Assembly: GCA_964619725.1 (NCBI GenBank) | Contig: CAZUFC010000109.1 | Coordinates: forward strand, 1-26,132 | Direction: 5' to 3' | From: an uncultured bacterium | Lineage (GTDB): Bacteria; CSSED10-310; CAZUFC01 | DNA: 26,132 bases | Notes under the pieces: model-generated | The model's input: only the letters and a program-made list of their open reading frames with translations | Database searches by the model: none | What the model was told of the DNA's origin: nothing | In this document: positions 16,007 to 25,736 of the stretch, in pieces | How positions within the stretch are numbered: the first letter of the stretch is position 1 | How the letters are laid out: each line of letters opens with the position of its first letter | Program-made: the position numbers and the translations under genes

Positions 16007-18847
16007 CTATTCAAACCACAGTCGTCTTAATCTGGCGCCGAGCGTTCGGTCATCCGGACTTATGCCTGTTTCTCGGGGAATGAAGGTTTTATCGGTTTGA
16101 AAAGCAACGATAAAGCGTTCATTGAATCCCATCAATCTTTCGGGGATTCTCAGATGAGCGGCACGGGTTCGACCCGGTTTGAGGGGCATGGAATAAGTCG
16201 AGTTGCCTGTGCTGATGGCCAGAGTCGTCGGCGGGGCTCCGTATGGAAGGTCGAATTCCACGTATAATCTTGCATCGCGGAAGGGATTCAGGAAAGAAAC
16301 TTCAGCTTCCCCCTTCATCCAGCGCCAGAATTCGCCGTCACCTGTTTTTTCCAGGGCGTACCAACCTTCCAGCGGTTTTATTTTTCTTTTTTCGGGCAGT
16401 TTCGGGACTTCCTCGTACGCTTTAACGATAATTTCCTTCGTGATCGGCGTTTCCATTTTAAATTCTGATTCATCCTCATTGAGATTCAGTATAATGAGAT
16501 TCATTTTTCGGGTTTCTGCCGCTTTTGGAATCCACAAATCCAGCCTGACGAATTTTTTTAAATTTTCCCGCGTTATCCGATCAGCGTAAAAAGAGCGAAG
16601 CGATAAAGTATCTTTGTCGTCATCAGTCAGAATGACTTCAAATTTTTCATTTTTTTCCAGCATTTTTTCATTCACATAAAGGAGCAGAGACAGGGGGCGC
16701 CCTGAAGGAATTTTCCGTGGTTTTGAGTAAGTTTCATCAATCAGGATCGTTTCATCGACTTCACTGATTATCATGTCATGCGGTTCGGGCTGAAAGGGCT
16801 TCTCCGCCAAAACAGGAAGATACAATCTGACGGCATCCTGATCGTATATCCTTTGAAGCCGGTCAAATTTTTCGACGCCATCGGGAAAGAGGGCTCTGGC
16901 TGCAGGTTCGGAAAAAATCAAACTGATTCTCAGTTCCTGGGCCTTTGCAACGGCTGTTCGAGGATCGGGGGTTTGAAATATGGTTTCCACTTGAGCAAGC
17001 CGGGCATAGTAATCCTGGTCAGGTATCATAAAGATGCGAGCGTGCATGTAATCGGCGACGGCAGTAGGTCGTTCGGCCATGGTGGGCAGAAACGAATACG
17101 TTCTGATGGTCGGTTCCGATTGCACGACGACATCCCTGGGGGTATGCTTTTTCAACCATTCGCAGGCGTTCAGTTCAGGGTCGGTAAAGGTCGTCGTAAA
17201 GGCGGGATTCGTTATATCCTGGGCATTCCATACGTCCATCAGCGGGGTCGGCAGAGCGGGCAGCGCCAGAACAAGGAACAGGATTAAAGCCGCTATTTTT
17301 TTCCGAAAGGCGATAAATTCAAGGCCGCGGCAGGCCAGGTATATCAAGCCCACATTGGCTATCAGCCCTACTTTTAGAGCCACGTCGGATTCGAAAGAAC
17401 GGATTCGGGTAAACAGCATCATACCCAGGGCCAGGGCAGTGAGTATTTCGACGGGTAAATCGATGGGCTTATGACTTTTTACTGAGCGAGCGATGCCGAT
17501 AACGGCCAAAGGAAGTATAGGCCCGAAATTCAAGAACAATATGGCGATGATGTTGACTATATCGGTTTGAATGGGACCGATAATCACGAAACCGCCGCCG
17601 GTGTTGATCATCTGCAGGGCGTAGTAAATCAATCCTGCGATGCCGATAACGGCCAGTGCGCCGATGCCCCTGGAAAAAAGCGCTTTTCGCCGTCCTGCGT
17701 CCATGATGAGACGAACCGCCCACAACAGACCCAGCCATGCGATGGCGGTAATTCCCAGAAACGAATTGAATCCGAAAAGCACAACCAGGATGATCGATGC
17801 CGTCAAAGCGACGGGCCAGTCCTTCAATTTTCGTCCCGAACCGAGCACAAGCAGGCAAAGGAGTATGAGCGACAGCCCGAAAAGGTGTTGCGGGGTGTAC
17901 ATCATTCCGCGAAAGAGTCCGTCGATTTGAGGGTGTCCGAAATACCAGCGGGTGACGGCATCGACGTTATGTTCTGCGGTGACGCGACGCAAGGTCTGAC
18001 CGAGCCGTACCGCGCGAATCAACAGATAGGAGCCTTCGTAGCTGTAAAAGAGGGTCGCCATGGACAACCCGGCGCCCATGATGAACGATGATTTGACCGA
18101 ACGCCTGAGAAATACAGCAAACAGTCCTATAAAGGCGAAATTAACTATCATGGACATGAATATCATCTGGGACAACAGAGGAGCTGCAGCTCCCGCCGTA
18201 CGATGAAGCAGGGCCGGAAACACGTAGAAAAACCAGTAATAATGCAATGTGGTTCCCAGGTAATAGTGATTAGGGGGAGGCAATTTCCCCCGGCTCAAAA
18301 TAGCCGCCACTCCGACATGTTTCAGATAATCGCCCGAAAAATAAGCCCGGAAAGCTTTCGTACCCGCTATTGAAGCGCCTATATTGCGCCAGGGCATGTA
18401 AAGCATGGCGGTCGTTATCAAACAGAACAGCAGAATAACGGCGGCATCACGGCGGGTTAAATCCGGCATCTCAATCAGAGGCTTGCGTTTCCGTCGACGA
18501 CTGGAAATGACTAAACCCGCTGCAGAGGCAGCGATAATTATGGGATAGGCGCATTTGACATCCAGCTTGAATGCAGCCCAACCGGCGACTGTTAATAACA
18601 CTGCGGCGCTGTATCCCATCAGAAACAGAACAGGCATATTGCCGGGTTTGATCTGAAGCCCTGCAAAACGCATTATGGGTATTCCCGGAACGATGAATAC
18701 CAGCAGGAGCGACAAATAAAACAGCGCGCTGGTTATTCCTAATTTATCGAAAAAGAAGAGAACGCTTATCGTAACCGTTGCCGCCGGAATCATGTAGAAC
18801 GATAACGCCTGGAGTCTGTTTTTGTTTTTCTTTTCTTTTTCGTTCAT
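16007..18847 (-). CDS. Large polytopic membrane protein, GT-C-like (DUF2298/YYY-type or STT3-like architecture) with extracytoplasmic C-terminal domains
   Basis: About 13-15 TM segments; loop motif DYLKH...LPPPNHYYLGTTLHYYWFFY; ACEWLKKHTP.D.VV immediately after the TM block; terminal beta domain GWY..E......WRW. Confidence 0.65.
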   Translation of the reverse strand: MNEKEKKNKNRLQALSFYMIPAATVTISVLFFFDKLGITSALFYLSLLLVFIVPGIPIMRFAGLQIKPGNMPVLFLMGYSAAVLLTVAGWAAFKLDVKCAYPIIIAASAAGLVISSRRRKRKPLIEMPDLTRRDAAVILLFCLITTAMLYMPWRNIGASIAGTKAFRAYFSGDYLKHVGVAAILSRGKLPPPNHYYLGTTLHYYWFFYVFPALLHRTAGAAAPLLSQMIFMSMIVNFAFIGLFAVFLRRSVKSSFIMGAGLSMATLFYSYEGSYLLIRAVRLGQTLRRVTAEHNVDAVTRWYFGHPQIDGLFRGMMYTPQHLFGLSLILLCLLVLGSGRKLKDWPVALTASIILVVLFGFNSFLGITAIAWLGLLWAVRLIMDAGRRKALFSRGIGALAVIGIAGLIYYALQMINTGGGFVIIGPIQTDIVNIIAILFLNFGPILPLAVIGIARSVKSHKPIDLPVEILTALALGMMLFTRIRSFESDVALKVGLIANVGLIYLACRGLEFIAFRKKIAALILFLVLALPALPTPLMDVWNAQDITNPAFTTTFTDPELNACEWLKKHTPRDVVVQSEPTIRTYSFLPTMAERPTAVADYMHARIFMIPDQDYYARLAQVETIFQTPDPRTAVAKAQELRISLIFSEPAARALFPDGVEKFDRLQRIYDQDAVRLYLPVLAEKPFQPEPHDMIISEVDETILIDETYSKPRKIPSGRPLSLLLYVNEKMLEKNEKFEVILTDDDKDTLSLRSFYADRITRENLKKFVRLDLWIPKAAETRKMNLIILNLNEDESEFKMETPITKEIIVKAYEEVPKLPEKRKIKPLEGWYALEKTGDGEFWRWMKGEAEVSFLNPFRDARLYVEFDLPYGAPPTTLAISTGNSTYSMPLKPGRTRAAHLRIPERLMGFNERFIVAFQTDKTFIPRETGISPDDRTLGARLRRLWFE

Positions 18848-19126
18848 TTTTTCAGAAATTCACTGCTTCTGCAACAATTTGACGGTCTTTATTAACTGCC
18901 TCAGGCAGCAAGCGCTGATCATTCAGTCCGAAAGGCTTGTTTCGATTGAAGCTTATTCCGCCCTGTCGCTGCGGCGTCCATCAGAAAACGCTGCCGGACA
19001 ATCGTTTTCGCAGTACGTCCTGAAGCCAGAGGATACTATAGCGGGGTTAAACTTTAGCATTAATGCGGTCACTAAACAATGAGTTTATGAAACCCCTATC
19101 ACGAATCTCTCATTCAGTTTACAGAA

Positions 19127-20323
19127 TTACAATTCCCCGGCTTTCTTTTGTTTGTTAAGGATGGGAATAACTGATGCAGCGACCTTTTCAGCGATCAGAG
19201 CGCATCCGGCTGCGTTGGGATGGACGATATCGAAGAAGTATTCTGCGTTATTTGCTGCGTTTTTTTCCGTCAGCAGGGGGATGGCTATGCAGGGTGTTCC
19301 GGTCTGGGCCGATAATTTCCTTAGTTGCTCTCTGTATATTTCTATAGGAAATTCCATTTTGAACGAGAGGAAGTATGGAACCAGGGTATCTTTTTCAAAA
19401 GGACTTTCGAGGAGGAGCAGGTCGAATCCGCGTCTTTCGCCCAGTTCAATCATTTGTTCGACGTTGGCGCTGTATTCTTCTGGTCTGACCCTGGCCCTGC
19501 AGTATTGGTGGAAGTTCAGCATGGCGTTTTTATATTCGGGGTACCGTGGATGTTTCGTATGGTCCTGCATGCGCCAGAAATCAGCTTCGAGGGCCGTCCA
19601 TTCGATGAAGCGTTTCAATTTTTCGCTGCGCATGTCTTTGTCTTCGGGGAACAGACGTTTTGTTTTCAGGAGCAAATAGCGGAGGAATTCGTAGAAATAG
19701 CTGGAGCGCAGTATGGAGCGCCAACCGGTCATAGTTTTGCCGTAATTAATCAGTTCATTGTCGGAATAGAAAAACATACGGGCATCATTAAAGCCGGAGC
19801 AGAAGACGACGACATCAGGTTTAAGAGAAACGCCGACTGAGGAGAGCCATTCCAGGCATTGCCGGCTAGCATATCCGGGGACTCCTGCGTTGATGACTCT
19901 GACCGGAATATTGGGAAATGCTGTCTGCACAATATTTTCCAGCCTGAAAGGCCAGGTTGCGGATTCAGGAACAGCGTAACCGTAAGTAACTGAGTCGCCG
20001 ATACAGAGTATTCTGATTTCATCGGCATCGTTTTTTTCCGGGATTTCCGCTGAGCGGATTCCGAGGCTGTTGATGTATGCATGGGCCTTTTCCAGGTACA
20101 TTTCATCGCTGATGGGATCAATCCGCCACAGAAGGACGGGGTCGAACAGATAGCAATCTGCATCAGAGTCGACAGACCTGACGAGTCGACGAAATTCCTC
20201 GTCCTCCTGCGGCGGAGTCCATAGGAGCCTTAAAGCGCCCTCGGCAATTCCCAGGAATATAATAACGGAAAGCACTGAAACGGCGAATTTAGCAGCATAT
20301 CTGCCGCCGTAGCGATTTGACAT
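19127..20323 (-). CDS. Membrane-anchored SGNH/GDSL hydrolase (esterase or acyltransferase of surface glycans)
   Basis: N-terminal TM (AEGALRL), block I GDSVTYG, block II NAGVPGY, block III GFND, block V DIVHPN. Confidence 0.88.
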   Translation of the reverse strand: MSNRYGGRYAAKFAVSVLSVIIFLGIAEGALRLLWTPPQEDEEFRRLVRSVDSDADCYLFDPVLLWRIDPISDEMYLEKAHAYINSLGIRSAEIPEKNDADEIRILCIGDSVTYGYAVPESATWPFRLENIVQTAFPNIPVRVINAGVPGYASRQCLEWLSSVGVSLKPDVVVFCSGFNDARMFFYSDNELINYGKTMTGWRSILRSSYFYEFLRYLLLKTKRLFPEDKDMRSEKLKRFIEWTALEADFWRMQDHTKHPRYPEYKNAMLNFHQYCRARVRPEEYSANVEQMIELGERRGFDLLLLESPFEKDTLVPYFLSFKMEFPIEIYREQLRKLSAQTGTPCIAIPLLTEKNAANNAEYFFDIVHPNAAGCALIAEKVAASVIPILNKQKKAGEL

Positions 20324-20377
20324 CAACTCTATATTTCGTTTCTTGGTTGTTGCTGTGTTTGTCCAGTCAGGGTTTAT

Positions 20378-22372
20378 TTATTTTGAATTCGGCGTCGGCG
20401 TATTCGTCGGGAACGGATAAGGCGTATTCGGCGTAAAAGTCGGAGTTGGGGTCGGCGTGTCCGTCGGTTCATGAGTCGGTGTCGGCGTCGGCGTCAACGG
20501 TTTCATGGAAGGCACGCTGTAATAAGGCCATATCTGACTGTATCTGTTCTGCATATCCTTGACTCTGAGCTCCATAATCATGTCGTGGGTCAAGGAGCTG
20601 AGTTCATTCGGTCCAAAATGGTATTCCATCATGTAAAAATTCGGATCGATCTCGTTTTGGGGAGCCAGAATCATTTGAGGTTCTCCGTTGAACAACAGCT
20701 CGAAATTTTTCACTCCTATGCCGTAAGGATCGACAACATAAGCGGCCATGCAGAAGTAACCGCCGACAGTACGGCTCAGTTCCGTATCCATATAACCGGC
20801 GAACGGAATGCTAATGGAGCTGTGGTCATCGTTCGGGTCCTCTATAGGGTCAAATTCGGGGAATATGGAATTTTCGATAATGTGCAGAGACGGCCACACG
20901 CCCATATTGAGTTCGTCGTCCGTCGCTATAATCATGTAATGATTCGTCATGCCGGGTCTGAGATTTATTTCTGCGGCGTAGAATCCATCATTGGCGAGCA
21001 TATCGTCGTGCAGACCGTCGTCGTACATCCTGATGCCGTTCTGAAAATTCAAGTCATCCATGTCATATGCGTAAACGTTGCTCACATTATGAAGCCCGTT
21101 GGGATCGCTGACGTACCCCGTCAGGATGCCCGAGCCTCCCAGACCGGGTATCAAATCTTCTTCGACCCAGCCGCCGAACATAACTTTGGGCGCCATGGGC
21201 GGTTCTTCAAATTCTATTTTTATCAGGCTCAAACCGCCGGCGATGTCCGACCAGACGAAATAAATGTCTTTGCCGTCCGTTACGGCATTCGGAATATCTT
21301 CGCCGCAGCACCAGGTAGGCGGAGGCAGCCATTCGACGATCCACTCATCGCTGTCCCGTTCTTTAATGGCGTAATGAATGGGATCGTTGTCGCGCCATAT
21401 CGCGGCCATATCGCCGTAATCGTTGACGGCTATGGTGACGGACGAACTGTGAGGACCCACGTCGAAAGTCAGAGGTTCGCAAGCCAGGGTATCTTCTTCG
21501 TCGGCCATGGCATACCAGACCGAGTCTTTTTCCCAGTTATCGCCCATTCGCTGATAGGCGACGTGGACGTTTCCGTCCGCATCTACGGACATTCCCGGAA
21601 AGACCCCGTAAATGCCTTCGTCACACATGTTATCGGTGATCCATTCCCAGTCTCTTCCCGTTAAAATGGAATATCCTATTCCGCCGTAAACTTCCCATAT
21701 AACATGAATTCGTCCGTCATGCCCGCATTCGATATCGGGAGAATAAGCCTGACCCTCTCCGCTGACCCAGTAGTCTCTTTGCCAGATACCGGCCTGGTCT
21801 TTCCACAGAACGTCTATCCAGTTGCCTTCCGAACCCGGCGAATATTCCTTCACATGCCGTATGGCGATATAAGGCGTATTATTGTGGGAAACCGTTATGT
21901 TGGGTTCGATGATCGGTTCGTGGCCTGAATGGGTTATCCTGTAGGTGGTTTCAGTAGGACCCCATTCGCCGTTATAGGTTCTTTTATAATAGTTTTCCTT
22001 GCCTGAGAATCCCCAGGTTATATGAGCATCCCCGTTTGAGTCTCCCGCCACGCGCGCCGGGCTCCATTTCCAGGCTGCAGCCGCTTCAGGCACGTAATAA
22101 GGCATTTCAACCTTCGGGATGGGTCCCTGGCCTGACCATTGACTGAGAAGGGCTTTCACATAGCGAATGCTGCTGCCCTGTATGGCTACGATATGAAGAT
22201 CGCCGTTCGGGTCAATATCGGCATCCATGCGAGCTCCTCCCTCTTCATTCAAGCGAATCACTTCGCTCATTTCAAAATCTGCTGATGCCGGATATTGCGG
22301 GGCAATCAGTAGGACAACCGCCGCAAGGGGTAAAATTAACCTAGACAAATTTACTTTCCACCTGCTCTCCAT
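20378..22372 (-). CDS. Secreted protein: beta-propeller-like N-terminal domain, two related Ig-like domains (the first with a choice-of-anchor X-like motif), Pro/Thr tail
   Basis: Signal peptide ending ASA; repeated D..G..H(I/V).W blades; MYDDGLHDDMLANDGFY; RBS AAGGGAG. Confidence 0.75.
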   Translation of the reverse strand: MESRWKVNLSRLILPLAAVVLLIAPQYPASADFEMSEVIRLNEEGGARMDADIDPNGDLHIVAIQGSSIRYVKALLSQWSGQGPIPKVEMPYYVPEAAAAWKWSPARVAGDSNGDAHITWGFSGKENYYKRTYNGEWGPTETTYRITHSGHEPIIEPNITVSHNNTPYIAIRHVKEYSPGSEGNWIDVLWKDQAGIWQRDYWVSGEGQAYSPDIECGHDGRIHVIWEVYGGIGYSILTGRDWEWITDNMCDEGIYGVFPGMSVDADGNVHVAYQRMGDNWEKDSVWYAMADEEDTLACEPLTFDVGPHSSSVTIAVNDYGDMAAIWRDNDPIHYAIKERDSDEWIVEWLPPPTWCCGEDIPNAVTDGKDIYFVWSDIAGGLSLIKIEFEEPPMAPKVMFGGWVEEDLIPGLGGSGILTGYVSDPNGLHNVSNVYAYDMDDLNFQNGIRMYDDGLHDDMLANDGFYAAEINLRPGMTNHYMIIATDDELNMGVWPSLHIIENSIFPEFDPIEDPNDDHSSISIPFAGYMDTELSRTVGGYFCMAAYVVDPYGIGVKNFELLFNGEPQMILAPQNEIDPNFYMMEYHFGPNELSSLTHDMIMELRVKDMQNRYSQIWPYYSVPSMKPLTPTPTPTHEPTDTPTPTPTFTPNTPYPFPTNTPTPNSK

Positions 22373-22463
22373 TTTGTTTCTCCCTTTCTTTTCGTTGGCA
22401 TAAATGATGTTAATTATTGCCGGATAAGCGTCCGAACAAACGGTTTACAAAAAACCAACGCGC

Positions 22464-22492
22464 ATTTTACATTCTTGAAAAGAAGAGGTCAA
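22464..22492 (-). promoter_or_regulatory. Sigma70-type promoter for the 22372 gene and probably its downstream neighbours
   Basis: Minus strand TTGACC, 17-bp spacer, TAAAAT; about 90 bp upstream of the ATG. Confidence 0.6.
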
Positions 22493-22576
22493 TAATTCAG
22501 ATTCATTTTTATAGTCGAAAAATGCAATTCCGGCGAAAAAGGCGTGAAAATTCAATTTATACAACTGGTTATGAAC

Positions 22577-22606
22577 AAAAAAATCCCCCAGAAATTCCGG
22601 GGGATT
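22577..22606 (-). terminator. Rho-independent terminator of the 22632..25736 gene
   Basis: 8-bp stem AATCCCCC/GGGGGATT (22582-22589/22599-22606) followed on the minus strand by a T run; 25 bp past the stop codon. Confidence 0.75.
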
Positions 22607-22631
22607 CCGATCAAATAATCTTTCTAACTCG

Positions 22632-25600
22632 TCAAATAAAAGCGAACGAGGCAGAATCGATGTTTGTAGCCAGGGTCAAATCCGCGCGGTAGAGTCCGCC
22701 GGCCCAGAATGTAAAGGGACCTCCGGCTGCCAGCGGATCGGGCAGCGTCAAGTTCAGAATGTCGTCTTCGTATAACTGATTGCCCCAGAGAGTAATGTCG
22801 AAGCCTTCTTCCTGAGTAGTCCAGTCGGGGTAGTAATAGTAGACGCCGTAGACGTCCAGGATGATGTAGAGTCTTAAGGGGAAAACGAAATCCTTGTTGT
22901 TTGCGAGGTTTAACGTCACTGTCATGAGGTCGTTGGCCTGGTACAGGGCTTTATTGGTTTCTATTTCGACAGTTACTTTAGGATTCTGCGTGGGTTCGGG
23001 CGTTGTCGAGGGACCGGGAGTAGCGGTAATGTCGGGCGTCGGCGTGCCGTCGGTGAATTTATAATATATCCAGAGTCTGGGACGGGTGGACTCTCCGAAG
23101 GCTTCCCGGCTTCTGAATTCTGTCGTTCCCATTACCGAGTCTGTTTGTTTAATACAGATGCCGTAGTTGGGTTCGCCGTCATTCACCCAGGCTTCAACGG
23201 CATCAACGACGTCCAGGTGTATCCAGGAGCCTGCGGAACCCGCTTCGACCGAAGGAGAGTCTATAGCGGTTATTGAGGGTTTGACGTTCCAGTTAATCGA
23301 TAATTCATTCCAGTCTTCCTGAACGAGGAAGGGTCTGACGCTGCAGCCGTAGGACCGCTGCAGATACAAACCCACTTTAGCATCGACTATTTCAATATTG
23401 GCGCCTGAAAGCGAGACGGGGAACCGGACAAAGCTTTCCTTGTATCTGGCGTAGCGGTTGTAGACGCTCATATAAGTTTCCTCACCGTAGTTGATGTTAT
23501 CATACAGACTGTCGACATAAGCATCACCGACGGATATGACCTGGACTGCCGTCCCTTCCGGAGTGACGGTGGGAGTGGGACTGGGTGTGTGAGTGGGCGT
23601 CCTGGTCGGCGTATTGGTCGGTTCCGTCGGGGCTATGGCAGACGGTACCGCTTTCGGGATAGTTATCATATCGGGTATGCCGTCGCGCTTATCCGGCTCG
23701 AATATGATCAGGTCGTCTTCAAACCAGGAATATTCATAACCCGCTGCAGTGGAAGCGTAGATGCCTCCGCTGGAGAGGCAATTCTCACGCATGCTTTTCC
23801 AGTCGGCCAGATATTCGCCCATGGGAATTTCTGAGGAACCTCTTCTCAGATCATTGCCTTGTTTGTCCAAAACGGAAAAAAAGACGCCATGGTAAACATT
23901 GTAAAGATCGAAGTTTTCATCCATATCCGCTCCCAGTATTGAGCGCCAGTCGTAATGACCAGATTCCGTCCAGACCATATCAATACGCTCTTCAAAATGA
24001 GGAGTCAGAAACGGGGCGACTGTTCCGCTTTCAGGGCGCCCGCCGATTTCAAACGTTTCTCCCCAGCCTTCGGACGGATCGTATATACGGCCTGCAGAGC
24101 GTATGCATTTCCCGGTCGACTTGACTTTCATTTCCTGCCATACGACCGCTATTTCGCCTGAAGCGGACGTCGAAACGGAAGGGAACAGCATGAAGTGAAC
24201 TCCGACGTGATTCTTTTTCGATTCCTCCAGCGTCACGATCCGGGCATCATTAATGCTGTAAACGAGCCGTCTGGCCTGCGGAACGCCGTCAACGACATCT
24301 CTCATCCATAGGGAATGAACGTTCAGATTGCTTGCCCATTCCGGTTCGTTCTTCTCATTTCTGATGATGTCTTCGGCCGCTGTCATGGCTATGATCCTGT
24401 CGGAACCCGGGAAGGATGCCATAGCGCAGAATCTCGGACGAAGATTCTCCGTTTCCAGGTCTGCGAACATCTGAAGCGGCGCGTCATTTAAAGACGGTTT
24501 CCAGGAACCTCCTCCGTCTTCGCTCCATCGATATTGACCGCCTTCCCACATGACATGGATTCTGTCGGAAGCATCGATGCAAAGATTCGGGCCCACGCCG
24601 TTGCCGTGTACAGAATGAAGAATGGACGCTTCTCCCCAGCCGTTGCGGTTGTTGGCGTATGCAATCTCACAAGTGCATGGATTCCGGCCGATCTGCCAGA
24701 CGGCATGAACGGTTCCCTCCGAATCAATCGCCATCGTCGACATGGTGCATAAACAGTATTTAGTCTCCTCCGTGCTGACGATCTCCGCCTGCCTCTTCAC
24801 GTAAGGCTCCCCGCTTATATCTACAATACTATGAACAAGATTCCCGGGAAATCGCCGGTATTCTCCCCAGGCTATATGCAACAGTCCCCGTTTTTCATCC
24901 AGCGCCAGCGACGGATTTATCACTTTCAAAGATTTATTCAACCTCGGCAATCTTTTCATAGTCCAGCTTTCACCGTCATCATCGGAAAACGCGTAAACGA
25001 TTTCCCTGCGGTCCCGGATCAACGCGCCGAATACCAGATGCAAACGATTCGAAACCTCCCTGACAAGATTATGGTTCGCTATTTTCCCAAAAGGAAAATG
25101 GTGCGCTGAAACCGCATCCATCCCCAGATATCGTTCGTCGACTACAAACCAGTCAGGTTCGGTCCACTCCGACCATTCACCCTTTTCACTCACCGTGGAT
25201 AACCGCATGAAATACCGCCTCCCTGAAGCCATTACGCCCGCAGGAATTTCCACGCTCGTACCGGTTCCTATCGCCCTGAAAAACAGCGTATCCATATTCT
25301 CATCAGTCGCCAACTCCAGGCGAAAAGGCATTTCCTCCACCGCCCCCCAGGCTATCGTCGGCATTAAATCATTCGTAAACGGCCCCTGACTCCCTTCATC
25401 CCTGTCCTTGTAAAGACGGGGAACATAAACTTCACTCTCCCTGTTTTCATCTATTCTCTTCTGAGCAGCAGCAAACAGGGCTTCTTCGTCAGAATCTGAA
25501 TCGATTGCCTCAAAACCTATTCTGCAGACTGCTTCCCCTTCGGCTGATCCGGATCGCCCAACTTCATTCTGAATGCCGCCTCCTGATGAACTCATCCCGG

Positions 25601-25736
25601 ATTCCGATACGTTCGAGTCTCCTGTCTTACTATTGCTGTAAAAAGCATATCCTACGGAAAAAAGAATGGTCAGAACAAACGCAATCATAATGACTGCAAT
25701 GCCTCCTGTCGACCGCCTGTTGAAACCCTTCTTCAT
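22632..25736 (-). CDS. Secreted or membrane-tethered multidomain protein: FN3-like, Asp-box (BNR/sialidase-like) propeller, PT linker, DNRLRE-like domain, PT linker, C-terminal beta domain
   Basis: N-terminal TM/signal; WSEWTEP FN3-type end; Asp boxes SDDDGESW and SEDGGGSW; DAYV.....NYG...W.E...NW...P...NYG...F.SRE...RPRL.I.Y typical of DNRLRE domains; RBS AAGGAGG. Confidence 0.8.
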   Translation of the reverse strand: MKKGFNRRSTGGIAVIMIAFVLTILFSVGYAFYSNSKTGDSNVSESGMSSSGGGIQNEVGRSGSAEGEAVCRIGFEAIDSDSDEEALFAAAQKRIDENRESEVYVPRLYKDRDEGSQGPFTNDLMPTIAWGAVEEMPFRLELATDENMDTLFFRAIGTGTSVEIPAGVMASGRRYFMRLSTVSEKGEWSEWTEPDWFVVDERYLGMDAVSAHHFPFGKIANHNLVREVSNRLHLVFGALIRDRREIVYAFSDDDGESWTMKRLPRLNKSLKVINPSLALDEKRGLLHIAWGEYRRFPGNLVHSIVDISGEPYVKRQAEIVSTEETKYCLCTMSTMAIDSEGTVHAVWQIGRNPCTCEIAYANNRNGWGEASILHSVHGNGVGPNLCIDASDRIHVMWEGGQYRWSEDGGGSWKPSLNDAPLQMFADLETENLRPRFCAMASFPGSDRIIAMTAAEDIIRNEKNEPEWASNLNVHSLWMRDVVDGVPQARRLVYSINDARIVTLEESKKNHVGVHFMLFPSVSTSASGEIAVVWQEMKVKSTGKCIRSAGRIYDPSEGWGETFEIGGRPESGTVAPFLTPHFEERIDMVWTESGHYDWRSILGADMDENFDLYNVYHGVFFSVLDKQGNDLRRGSSEIPMGEYLADWKSMRENCLSSGGIYASTAAGYEYSWFEDDLIIFEPDKRDGIPDMITIPKAVPSAIAPTEPTNTPTRTPTHTPSPTPTVTPEGTAVQVISVGDAYVDSLYDNINYGEETYMSVYNRYARYKESFVRFPVSLSGANIEIVDAKVGLYLQRSYGCSVRPFLVQEDWNELSINWNVKPSITAIDSPSVEAGSAGSWIHLDVVDAVEAWVNDGEPNYGICIKQTDSVMGTTEFRSREAFGESTRPRLWIYYKFTDGTPTPDITATPGPSTTPEPTQNPKVTVEIETNKALYQANDLMTVTLNLANNKDFVFPLRLYIILDVYGVYYYYPDWTTQEEGFDITLWGNQLYEDDILNLTLPDPLAAGGPFTFWAGGLYRADLTLATNIDSASFAFI

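Noticed and set aside
20471-21664. 397-aa plus-strand ORF
   Set aside because: Antisense shadow of the well-supported 20378..22372 gene; no motifs or RBS. The same applies to the many short overlapping ORFs in the track.
22632-25736. Calling the Asp-box protein a sialidase
   Set aside because: Asp boxes are present, but no RIP/RLP motif at the expected N-terminal blade or arginine triad could be confirmed by eye.
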